Below, in pieces: positions 10,164-18,888 of a stretch of DNA of 64,000 bases; within the stretch, counting starts at the first letter, position 1; each line of letters opens with the position of its first letter. Both the position numbers and the translations under genes were made by a program. This DNA is from a bacterium. GTDB lineage: Bacteria > UBP6 > UBA1177. The DNA lies in contig JAEESW010000001.1 in the NCBI GenBank assembly GCA_016290135.1, forward strand, positions 55,565 through 119,564. Reading direction: 5' to 3'. The notes under the pieces were generated by a model. The model was not told the DNA's origin, made no database searches, and worked only from the letters and a program-made list of their open reading frames with translations.

Positions 10164-10271
10164 CTAACTTATAAAGGTGGCTTAGGTGTTTTGGTAGCGT
10201 TAAAAAATAGCAAGATAGTGAACTTGACATGAGAAGTGGAATGATAAAACGATTTAAAATGGAGATTTGTG

Positions 10272-12473
10272 ATGTTTGATTTTAATATTATTACATTCCA
10301 GAGAGCGATAAATTTCGGGGCTGCTCTTCAATCTTATGCTTTGCAAGAGTTTATAAAAAAACAAAATTATAATGCCGGGATATATGATTACATAAAGCCT
10401 GTAACAATTGGTATAAATGCGACCCTGAAAGGTAAGGTAAAGAAAATATTGACAAAATTTACCCGAGATAAAAAGGCAAAATCAAGAGAAGTTCAAAAAT
10501 ATGCCGAGTTCCGCGAAAAATATTTCAATCTTAATCTTGATACCAAAAGCCGTATCTTTGTTACTGGAAGCGATCAGGTATGGAATTTGAATAGCAGCAT
10601 GGATTCAATGTTCTTTCTACAGTTCCTGGATGACTCCGTTTATAAAATTTCGTATGCTGCAAGTATGGTAACAACTGATGTCCCGAATGACAGAAAAGAT
10701 CTTGTAAAAAAATATCTTAAAACATTTGATGCAATATCGGTTAGAGAGGAAGGGATCAAAGAGAGTTTAAGTCCGTTTTGCGATAAAGACATTTCGGTCA
10801 ATGTCGATCCGACGCTTTTACACGATAAAGCATTTTACCGCAATATCGCTAATCCGGTGAAAGGTATTCCTGAGAAGTATATCCTCGCTTATATTCTCCA
10901 TATTCCCAAAAACGGAAACAAGCTTATAAAGTGGCTGCGTAAGGAAACCGGATTGCCGGTCGTTCTTTTGGATAGTTCAGGCGCAGTCGGCATGGTTGTT
11001 AAAAATGATATGATCGTTAGAGATGCTGGACCGCAGGAGTTTGTCTATCTTTTTGATAATGCGGAATGTGTAGTTACGACGTCTTTTCACGGAACATGCT
11101 TTTCATTGATATTTGAAAAGGAGTTCTATTCCATTGTCAATCCTGATTCGCCAAGCAGAATATCAAATATTCTCAAAAAGGTCGGTGTTCAACCGATAAG
11201 TGAAACTGATACGCAGTTCACAAGAAGAAACAGTATCGATTGGGATCATGTGAGGGATGTTCTTGCTCTGGAAAGAGAACGTAGCAGACAATATATTCAA
11301 AATGCTTTTGAGATTGCTAAAAATAAAAAGGCTGTTAAACCAAGCGGCACTGTCGCTTTGATGAACGATACCTGCACAGGATGTGCCGCATGCGAGGATG
11401 TTTGCCCGACAAATGCTATAAGCATGGTGTTGAATTCCAAAGGTTTTTACGAACCATCTATTGATGAGACCAAATGCGTGAACTGCAGCAGGTGCATTCA
11501 GTCATGCCCTTTAAATACAAAGCAGGTCGTCTGGCCGAAGAAAGCATATTACGGCTGGAACTCATCTTCTGAGGTGTTGTTTAAGAGTTCTTCAGGAGGA
11601 GCTTTTTACTCGATAGCTCAAACAGTCCTGCAAAAAGGTGGAGTCGTTTTCGGGGCTACTTATTCTGAAGATTGGAAAGACATCGTTTTTGAATGCACGG
11701 ATGATGTCGCGTTAGAAAAATTGCAAAAGAGCAAATACACAGTCAGTGCCGCATCCGGATTGTATAAGAGGATAAGAAAATATTTGAATGACGGCCGACA
11801 GGTGCTGTTTACAGGGACACCGTGTCAATGCGCCGGAATAAAAAGCGTGTTCGGTGATGAATATGGAAATCTGATCACTTGCGATTTTATCTGCGGCGGA
11901 ATGCCTTCGCTTTCATTTTACCGCGAACATATAGAGGCTTTGCAGAAAAAATACGGCTCTCCTATTACATCTTTGGATTTTCGTTCAAAAGAGTGGGGTT
12001 GGGGAAGGATGCGCCTCTTTGCGCGTTTTGAAAACGGCAAAAAGTATATAAAAAGAGATTTTGCCGATGTGTATTTCAAATGCTTTAATGCTAAAGTATC
12101 TGTGCGCAAGGTTTGTGCGGGATGTCCATATTATCATTTTCACCGTTCGGATTTCACAATAGCTGATTATTGGGGATATCGTGCGGCAGGGATCAAAAAA
12201 CATAAAAGCGGAATGTCACTTGTAGTCTGCAACAATGAAAAAGCTGAAAAAATATTTGGTGGAATAAAGGATTTCGAAAAATTCGAGATCCCAATCGAAT
12301 ACACGCATTACGCTGTCAGAGACAAGATCCCTAGAGCGGACATTCTGAAAGGCAATGACCGCTTTTTCAAACTCGCAGCCGAAAAAGGTTTTGAGGCGGC
12401 AGCACTTAAAATGTATGACATAAATGAATTGCATTATTACATCAAAAAACTAAGAAAAATGTTGCATTTGTAA
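10272..12473 (+). CDS. Fusion protein: polysaccharide pyruvyl transferase, 2x[4Fe-4S] ferredoxin motifs and a coenzyme F420 hydrogenase/dehydrogenase beta-subunit-like (FrhB-like) domain
   Basis: N-terminal half repeats the pyruvyl-transferase motifs ('ITFQRAINFGAALQSYAL', 'GSDQVWN', 'TTSFHGTCFSLIF'). The middle has 'CTGCAACEDVCP' and 'CVNCSRCIQSCP'. The C-terminal roughly 300 aa is Cys-rich and FrhB-like. ATG 10272 lies 8 nt after GGAG. Confidence 0.75.
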   Translation: MFDFNIITFQRAINFGAALQSYALQEFIKKQNYNAGIYDYIKPVTIGINATLKGKVKKILTKFTRDKKAKSREVQKYAEFREKYFNLNLDTKSRIFVTGSDQVWNLNSSMDSMFFLQFLDDSVYKISYAASMVTTDVPNDRKDLVKKYLKTFDAISVREEGIKESLSPFCDKDISVNVDPTLLHDKAFYRNIANPVKGIPEKYILAYILHIPKNGNKLIKWLRKETGLPVVLLDSSGAVGMVVKNDMIVRDAGPQEFVYLFDNAECVVTTSFHGTCFSLIFEKEFYSIVNPDSPSRISNILKKVGVQPISETDTQFTRRNSIDWDHVRDVLALERERSRQYIQNAFEIAKNKKAVKPSGTVALMNDTCTGCAACEDVCPTNAISMVLNSKGFYEPSIDETKCVNCSRCIQSCPLNTKQVVWPKKAYYGWNSSSEVLFKSSSGGAFYSIAQTVLQKGGVVFGATYSEDWKDIVFECTDDVALEKLQKSKYTVSAASGLYKRIRKYLNDGRQVLFTGTPCQCAGIKSVFGDEYGNLITCDFICGGMPSLSFYREHIEALQKKYGSPITSLDFRSKEWGWGRMRLFARFENGKKYIKRDFADVYFKCFNAKVSVRKVCAGCPYYHFHRSDFTIADYWGYRAAGIKKHKSGMSLVVCNNEKAEKIFGGIKDFEKFEIPIEYTHYAVRDKIPRADILKGNDRFFKLAAEKGFEAAALKMYDINELHYYIKKLRKMLHL

Positions 12474-12504
12474 ATATGCGAAGAAAAGAGTTTAAGGGAT
12501 ATAG

Positions 12505-14034
12505 ATGAGTAGTTTGCAGAAACTCGCTACTTCAAAAAAACTGGCTGTAATCATCACATATATTTCGCTGATAGTTCATACTTTAAGCAATTTAGTCCTT
12601 ACGCCGCTCTATTTGAATTATCTCGGTCTGGATCAGTATGGTCTTTATCAGATGATTTATACGGTCGCAAGTTATATCCTTATTCTTGATTTCGGCATAA
12701 ACACTGCGATGGTGCGCTATATCTCCAAATATCATGCTACTAACGACTATGAATCTGAGAAGAATTTTTCGGCTCACTGTCTGATCACAGTCGCTACCAT
12801 TATTGTTTTGATGATGGCGGCCGGCCTTATAATGAATGAGTTTTTGTTGGACATATACCCCACAATAACAGCTGAAGAGGCTGGTGTTGCCCATCAGCTG
12901 ATGCTACTGATGCTTGTCGTTGTTTCCGGAACAATATTGGAAAGATTTGTGTCTGGATGTGTATCTGCGTATGAGCATTTTACGGTCAATAATGCGGTAG
13001 GTGTTGTGAAATTAATATTAAAAATCCTTCTGACGATACTATTCCTTTATATCGGTATGGGAGTGATTGCGGTTGTCTTGGTAGATGTGATAGTGATACT
13101 TTTATCAATCATGTTTCGTTCAATATACGCAATCAAACAGTTGCATTTCAAAATTAAGTTGAGCAAGTTCGATTTTACTCTGATCATAGACCTCATTTCC
13201 TTTATGTTTCCCGTTTTTCTTCAGGCCATTATCGGCTATATAAATAATTATGTTGACAAGACAGTGCTTGGTATCATGACATCTAAAGCAGATGTCGCGA
13301 TATATTCGATCGCTACGACTTTCATAGCCTTGTTTAACGCATTGCCTTCCGCTATTTCAGGAGTCTTTTTGCCTAAAGCGACCAAGATGATATTCGGTGG
13401 AAGTTACAACAGTGATGATCTCACGAATTTTGTTATCCGACCAGGCAGATACCAGTTTATGCTTTGCGGAGGATTTGTGTGCGGATTCGCTTTGTTCGGC
13501 AGAGAATTCATCAGTCTGTGGGCCGGACCGAATACTGTTCAGGCATGGACTGTCGCGATGATCATTATTATCCCGAATATGATCCCGTTGATTCAGAATA
13601 CGGCAGTAAGCATTCTGGATGCACTCAAAAAGAGACTTTTCAGATCAGTTGTGCTCTTTGTTGTCTCTGTAATCCATGTCATAATCTCTGTTTTTCTTGT
13701 TGAAAGATACGGGATGATGGGTGCTCCGATTGGCTCGGCGTTTGCATTTATTATCGGATATGGAGTGGTAATGAATATCTATTATCAAAAAGAAATAAAA
13801 ATTCAGGTCGGAAGACTCTTTAAAACCATTTTCTCAAAAACATGGCTGTGTTTGATACCTGCGGTCGCTGTCGGATTTGTCAGCAACAGATTTTTGCCGG
13901 ATTATTCCTGGATCACTTTGGTTGTAAAAGGCGCCGTTTTTAGTGCGGTTTACGGAGTCGCCTTGCTGTTTTACGGATTTAACAATCAAGAAAAAAAGGA
14001 TTTTTCAATCATACTGAAGAAATTCGGAAAGTGA
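12505..14034 (+). CDS. wzx: Oligosaccharide flippase (Wzx, MOP superfamily)
   Basis: 509 aa with about 12-14 TM helices. Typical position as the last gene of the polysaccharide operon. Confidence 0.85.
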   Translation: MSSLQKLATSKKLAVIITYISLIVHTLSNLVLTPLYLNYLGLDQYGLYQMIYTVASYILILDFGINTAMVRYISKYHATNDYESEKNFSAHCLITVATIIVLMMAAGLIMNEFLLDIYPTITAEEAGVAHQLMLLMLVVVSGTILERFVSGCVSAYEHFTVNNAVGVVKLILKILLTILFLYIGMGVIAVVLVDVIVILLSIMFRSIYAIKQLHFKIKLSKFDFTLIIDLISFMFPVFLQAIIGYINNYVDKTVLGIMTSKADVAIYSIATTFIALFNALPSAISGVFLPKATKMIFGGSYNSDDLTNFVIRPGRYQFMLCGGFVCGFALFGREFISLWAGPNTVQAWTVAMIIIIPNMIPLIQNTAVSILDALKKRLFRSVVLFVVSVIHVIISVFLVERYGMMGAPIGSAFAFIIGYGVVMNIYYQKEIKIQVGRLFKTIFSKTWLCLIPAVAVGFVSNRFLPDYSWITLVVKGAVFSAVYGVALLFYGFNNQEKKDFSIILKKFGK

Positions 14035-14066
14035 GTTTGAGGAAGGGAAATAATGTGCCAGATAAT
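14021..14066 (+). repeat. Direct repeat copy C (core CGGAAAGTGAGTTT at 14025-14038, spanning the wzx stop)
   Basis: Hand alignment gives about 30/42 identity to 15825-15866, and the 14-nt core is identical. Confidence 0.6.
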
Positions 14067-14094
14067 TTTGTAGTTAAATAAAAGGAGTATTTCT

Positions 14095-15792
14095 ATGAGT
14101 TATAGTGCAGAACAAAAAACAGTGAGACATTTGTTAACTTCGCAATTATATAGAATCCCGCGTAATCAACGTAAATATGTTTGGGATAAAGATAATTGGG
14201 AAGATTTATTTCTGGATTTAAATTTTGCAACAAAAAATAACTTGAGCCATTTTATTGGAAGTATGGTACTGTTAAAAGATGAAGAAACAGTCGAAGGACT
14301 TCCTCTATTGGTTGTAATAGATGGCCAACAGAGATTATTTACAATCACAATTTTTTTGGCAGCTTTATTGTTCGTCATGAAAAAATATAATTTACAAAAT
14401 GATTATTATGGAACAGAAAAGTATCTTTATGCCACGGATGATAAAAATATTTCACATCATGTTTTTGAATCATCCTATCATCTTGGTCTTGGCAAAATTT
14501 TGACTGCAATACCAAATTTGAAGTTTGGGAGGAATGTTTCCATTGATTCATTCCTTAAAACACATGTTGCGGACAAAATACGTGATAAAAATATAATGGA
14601 TGCCTTCTCTTTTTATGTGGGTAAAATTGAAGAATTTATATTACAACGAAAAGATGATCCCCAGAGTATAACTGTATTAAAGGATGCTATACTTAATACT
14701 GAATATGTTAGAATAGAGGCAACAACTGAAGAGGATTCTTATACTATTTTTGAAATATTGAATGCCCGTGGTCAAACTTTGGCAGATCATGAATTGTTAA
14801 AAAATTATGTTATGAGATATATAGAGCCGAAAGAAAAGGTCGATAATGTAAAAACAGAATGGGAAGATACGGAAAAACTATTGGGACGCGGTATAAATAA
14901 ATATCTTTTACATTACCTGATTCATAGATATAAGGTCGATGAGAATGATAAAAAAGATGCTTATAAAGCAATAAAAAAATATGTGAAAATAACAGATATA
15001 GAATCATTCTATTCTGATTTTATTCAGAAAGCTCAATATTATTCAAAGTTACAGAATCCAAGATTGGTAGACGGTGACGGTAACGAAATTTGTTCAGATT
15101 TGGAGTATTCAATATTTACTTTTTTTAGGAAAAAAAGACAGGAACAATTTCGGCCAGTTATCCTCAGTTTGATGCATCAAAAAGAATTGGGCGAGTTGCC
15201 TATTGAAGAGTATGAGCAAGCATTGGAATTTATTAAAAACTTTTTTGTATGTTATACTATAATCGGAAAAGCAAAATCAAATACGCTTACTTCTATAATA
15301 TCTAGCTATGCGTTTAAATTGGAAAACTCTTTTTCATCAGATTTGTTAAGGGAATTTTTTAAAAGTTTAAAAGATAGGATTCCGAATAAAGATTGGTTTG
15401 AAAAAGCTTTCTCTATGATTGGTTATTCACATCATTTTAAGTTTTATAATGATGATAAGGAAGAAAAAAAGGCAAGATTGGTCTTGGAAATCTATGAAGA
15501 ATCTTTAGGTAATAAAAATATGCCTAAAGAATACACTATTGAGCATATTTTGCTAGATTCTGATGGAGAACAAAATTCCAATATAGGGAATTTGTTACCT
15601 TTAGAGGAAGGTCTAAATAAAAAATGTGCCAATTTGCCTTTGAAAGATAAAATTAAAATTTACAAAAAATCTGATTTTAAAAGCGTAAGAAGATTTGTTG
15701 ATCGATATGAGAATAAAACGGATACCTTTAAAGTAGAAAAGAGAATGTCGCATTTGGCAACAGAATTTTATAAAATTATTAATAAGGCATAA
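14095..15792 (+). CDS. GmrSD-family type IV restriction-like nuclease (DUF262 N-terminal, DUF1524 His-Me finger C-terminal)
   Basis: 'YRIPRNQRKYVW' and 'VIDGQQRLFTITIF' (DGQQR) are DUF262 motifs. The C-terminal 'YTIEHILLDS...NIGNLLPLEEGLNKKCANL' is DUF1524-like. Confidence 0.85.
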   Translation: MSYSAEQKTVRHLLTSQLYRIPRNQRKYVWDKDNWEDLFLDLNFATKNNLSHFIGSMVLLKDEETVEGLPLLVVIDGQQRLFTITIFLAALLFVMKKYNLQNDYYGTEKYLYATDDKNISHHVFESSYHLGLGKILTAIPNLKFGRNVSIDSFLKTHVADKIRDKNIMDAFSFYVGKIEEFILQRKDDPQSITVLKDAILNTEYVRIEATTEEDSYTIFEILNARGQTLADHELLKNYVMRYIEPKEKVDNVKTEWEDTEKLLGRGINKYLLHYLIHRYKVDENDKKDAYKAIKKYVKITDIESFYSDFIQKAQYYSKLQNPRLVDGDGNEICSDLEYSIFTFFRKKRQEQFRPVILSLMHQKELGELPIEEYEQALEFIKNFFVCYTIIGKAKSNTLTSIISSYAFKLENSFSSDLLREFFKSLKDRIPNKDWFEKAFSMIGYSHHFKFYNDDKEEKKARLVLEIYEESLGNKNMPKEYTIEHILLDSDGEQNSNIGNLLPLEEGLNKKCANLPLKDKIKIYKKSDFKSVRRFVDRYENKTDTFKVEKRMSHLATEFYKIINKA

Positions 15793-15797
15793 TGTAG

Positions 15798-15866
15798 TAC
15801 CAAACAAAAACCAGATAGAGTTGGCGGAAAGTGAGTTTATGGTGGCGAAATAAGGCGAAAGCGGAA
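15798..15866 (+). repeat. Direct repeat copy A, starting 6 nt after the GmrSD stop
   Basis: 'TACCAAACAAAAACCAGATAGAGTTGGCGGAAAGTGAGTTT...'. Its 5' part matches copy B (16652-16702) and its 3' part matches copy C (14025-14066). Confidence 0.65.
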
Positions 15867-15915
15867 AAGGAACCAAATGATTGATGTCTGGAAAATGTGA
15901 ATGGAGGGAGATGAA

Positions 15916-16651
15916 ATGGGAAAGAAAAAGTCTTCGAGGGTAATATCAACTGCAGATGTTGAAATGGCGCAAAATTGCAAAATTGTGCTTCCTAGGAAGC
16001 ATAGGGAAGATATTGATCCGTATCAAACATTTTCTGCCAATATTGAAAGAGCAGAATATTTTATTGAATTATACAAACAAAAGATAAAAGTGAGGGCCTG
16101 TAAGGGACGCCCGCCAATATCTGATACTGATATGCTTAGGGCAGGGGTGGTTTTTTTTACACTCCACAGTGGAAGAATATTTGAGAACAATTATTAGACG
16201 GCGCAAAATTTCCTTGTTGAAAAGTAATGAATCTTGGAACGATGTATTGCGGGATGTTTCTCTTCCTGGCAGAAATTACGGAAAATCAACTGCAGCAAAA
16301 ATAGAGCTAAATGAATTGTTTGAATACAAGGATAAGACTGTTTTGGAGTTGGTTCAGGACGCTTTAAATGAAAAGGTGGATTATTTAACATTTAATGACT
16401 ACTCTCAGATTGTTAATTCTTTGAAATCAGTGGGAATAAGGTTGCCTAGCAAAGATAAAGAAATAGATTGCGAAAGTATAAATTCCTATATAAAAAGACG
16501 TCATAAAATTGTCCATGAAGCAGATAAAAACGAGATTGCAGGAAAAGGTAACTATCGCACTCAATCAATTAATTCTAATCAATTAAAAAAATGGGTTGAG
16601 GCGGCAAAAGTTCTTGTCGATAAAATTAATGAAATATATGCGCAATTATAG
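15916..16651 (+). pseudogene. HEPN-superfamily protein (Rx4H 'RHKIVH'), reading frame broken at a T8 run (16151-16158)
   Basis: Track ORFs 15901-16197 (frame 1) and 16169-16651 (frame 2) overlap. Frame 2 is open from 16094. Removing one T from the T8 run joins '...DMLRAGVVF' to 'LHSTVEEYLRTIIRRR...' as one ORF of about 245 aa. The second ORF has no good start (GTG, no RBS). Confidence 0.6.
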
Positions 16652-16702
16652 TGCCAAACAAAAACTGGATAAAGATTCGGCGGAAAAGGGAAAGTGAGTG
16701 TA
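16652..16702 (+). repeat. Direct repeat copy B, starting immediately after the HEPN stop
   Basis: 'TGCCAAACAAAAACTGGATAAAGATTCGGCGGAAAAGGGAAAGTGAGTGTA'. Hand alignment gives about 38/45 identity to copy A, with a 7-nt insertion. Confidence 0.65.
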
Positions 16703-16795
16703 GGTAAACCCCGCTTCTTTTCTCTGGGAACGACCTGATATTTTTCTGACCTTTCTTTGTTTAAAAAAATCTTAATTTTTTTTCAAAAGAGACCC

Positions 16796-16823
16796 TTGAA
16801 ACTGGGGAAAGTGTGTCTATAAG
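16796..16823 (+). promoter_or_regulatory. Putative sigma70-type promoter of the CBASS-like operon
   Basis: TTGAAA (16796-16801), 16-nt spacer, TATAAG (16818-16823). Lies about 50 nt upstream of ATG 16871. Confidence 0.4.
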
Positions 16824-16870
16824 AGACGGCATGATTTTCACAAAAGTGGAGTCAGAGGAGTTTTTGGGGG

Positions 16871-17707
16871 ATGAGGAAGTTGATGAACAAAATTGTAGAC
16901 TGGAAAAGAGAATACGTACAAACAGCATTGTTGACTTTAATTATTGTCGCCAATGTCTGTTTTAATTTACCTGAAATTGCGAAGAACGTATTAGCAGATG
17001 CCTCAGTTCAAATGTCTGAACTAGATCCTAAATGGCGTCTTGCTATTGGTTTTGGTCGATGGGTATTTGCTATAGTTGTTGTTGTAGGATTATGGTTTGT
17101 CATCAAATATTTCAATAAGGATTATGTCTTAAAGCAAAATATTTCCAATGATATAGTCTGGCATACATATTTTGATTACTGGTTTTGTCGGTATTTTTTG
17201 AGCATAAAAAAGTTGTCTTTGACCAGAATGCCGATACCTATGCAGTTTAAGCTCGTGTGGAAGGATCTCTTTTTAGAGTATGATTATATGGACGGCATCA
17301 CAGAAAAGGAAGAGGCTAAGGATAAGGTAAAAGTTGAACGATTTCAGGATAATCCTCTGACATCTACAGTTAACCTTGTTCTTGCAGATACCTACCCGCT
17401 GGATTGGAAAAGCAAGCTCCCTGCATCGGTCCTAAATCTTACGACTATTGTGATAGACCGCACAGGTGAGAAAGGCACTAGATACTATAGTCGGGATTTT
17501 GTAAAAAAGATTTCATCAACAGTACATGATCTTCCAAACAATGTGACGACGATCAACCTGTTTGCAACGATTAATGCTGCTCACTGTTACCATATAACAA
17601 AGGAGGTGTTTATGACGGGAGGCAGAGACTCGCTGAAGCATCTTGTCGTCTATGAACAATCAAAGGGTAGTTGGGTTTTTGAGGGGAAGAATATAAAAGT
17701 GTTTTAA
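16871..17707 (+). CDS. Two-TM membrane protein with an unassigned C-terminal domain of about 190 aa; candidate CBASS effector/sensor (SAVED/CARF-like?)
   Basis: Hydrophobic helices 'TALLTLIIVANVCFNL' and 'WVFAIVVVVGLWFVIKYF'. The C-terminal segments 'VNLVLADTY' and 'TINLFATINAAHCYHITKEVF' look like Rossmann-like beta-strand/loop elements. The gene ends 11 nt before the CD-NTase gene. Confidence 0.45.
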   Translation: MRKLMNKIVDWKREYVQTALLTLIIVANVCFNLPEIAKNVLADASVQMSELDPKWRLAIGFGRWVFAIVVVVGLWFVIKYFNKDYVLKQNISNDIVWHTYFDYWFCRYFLSIKKLSLTRMPIPMQFKLVWKDLFLEYDYMDGITEKEEAKDKVKVERFQDNPLTSTVNLVLADTYPLDWKSKLPASVLNLTTIVIDRTGEKGTRYYSRDFVKKISSTVHDLPNNVTTINLFATINAAHCYHITKEVFMTGGRDSLKHLVVYEQSKGSWVFEGKNIKVF

Positions 17708-17718
17708 GGAGATTAAAA

Positions 17719-18888
17719 ATGGCATACTCGAAAGAACAGTTAGAACGTATTTTTAGTGATTTGGCTGCCAGGATAAATATTAGCGATGCCCTATTCAAAG
17801 TAGCAGATGAAGAGTACACAGCCTTGGGCAAATGGATCAATAATGAAACAGAAAAGAATGGCACGAAGTATAAAGTTCTCATATATCCTCAGGGGTCGTT
17901 TGCTTTAGGAACAGTAATCAAGCCGATATCTGATGAGGATGATTATGATCTGGATCTGGTATGCCTGGTCGAGAACGGTATGAACTTTTCTGCTAAGCAG
18001 TTGAAGTTGGATGTCGTGAAACCTTGGCTTATAGGATATAAGAAAACCAAGAATGACATTGAAGAGAAAAGGCGTTGCTGGCATTTGGAGTATGAGGATG
18101 TTCCACACTTCCACATGGATGTTATTCCTGCAATACCGAGTCCTTTTCCCAACTCTGATAGTACAATTAGCATCACGGATAAAAATGTCGATAGATCTCC
18201 GGTTTATGAATACCAAGAGAGCAATCCCAAAGGGTATGTACAATGGTTTTTTCAACGCTGCCGCCAGAAGAAGATGGGAAGTTCTGGCCTGGAGGTTATG
18301 AGCGAGATGGCTCAACAGGAGGATTTGAAGCGAAATAAGAATAAGACACAACTTCAGAAAGCTGTACAAATTTTGAAGCGTCATAGAGATGTAATGTTTA
18401 AGGACGATCCAGACAACAAGCCTATCTCTATCATTATTACAACTCTCGCTGGTCAGATATATCATGGAGAAACTACTATTCTTGATACGCTTCTTGGATT
18501 TGTTGGAGAAGTAGAGCACTATCTGAAATCTCATTGCAAAGAAGATGGCAGCTATAGTATTCCAAATCCGAGTTATAATGGTGAAGATTTTGCAGACAAA
18601 TGGAAAGATCATCCGGAGAGGCAAACTGCATTTTTCTCTTGGATTAAACAGTTGCAGTCTGATTTCAATCTTGAAAATCTTATGAACCAAGATCGTGTAG
18701 CGATGGGCAATATCGTAAAAGAAGCATTCGGCTCTACCACAGGAAAAGCAATATTCAGCCAAATGGGATATGAAGAAGCTAATGAAGTTAAAGATGGAAT
18801 TCGGAAAGTTGACACAGTAACAGGTAATTTATCAAAAACCGGAATAGTGGCCATTTCTCCAAGTAGGCATTATGGCGAGATTCAATAA
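17719..18888 (+). CDS. cGAS/DncV-like nucleotidyltransferase (CD-NTase, SMODS-type)
   Basis: 'YPQGSFALGTVIKP' (GS motif), 'DDYDLDLVCLV' (DxD) and 'FHMDVIPAIP' (third acidic residue). 389 aa. Sits between a TM protein and an E2-like protein. Confidence 0.8.
   Translation: MAYSKEQLERIFSDLAARINISDALFKVADEEYTALGKWINNETEKNGTKYKVLIYPQGSFALGTVIKPISDEDDYDLDLVCLVENGMNFSAKQLKLDVVKPWLIGYKKTKNDIEEKRRCWHLEYEDVPHFHMDVIPAIPSPFPNSDSTISITDKNVDRSPVYEYQESNPKGYVQWFFQRCRQKKMGSSGLEVMSEMAQQEDLKRNKNKTQLQKAVQILKRHRDVMFKDDPDNKPISIIITTLAGQIYHGETTILDTLLGFVGEVEHYLKSHCKEDGSYSIPNPSYNGEDFADKWKDHPERQTAFFSWIKQLQSDFNLENLMNQDRVAMGNIVKEAFGSTTGKAIFSQMGYEEANEVKDGIRKVDTVTGNLSKTGIVAISPSRHYGEIQ

Noticed and set aside
17905-18762. 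285-aa minus-strand ORF antisense to the CD-NTase gene, and a 160-aa ORF at 20607-21089 antisense to MNT/HEPN.
   Set aside because: AT-rich DNA opposite well-supported genes. The translations are low-complexity and Ile/Phe/Leu-rich with no motifs.
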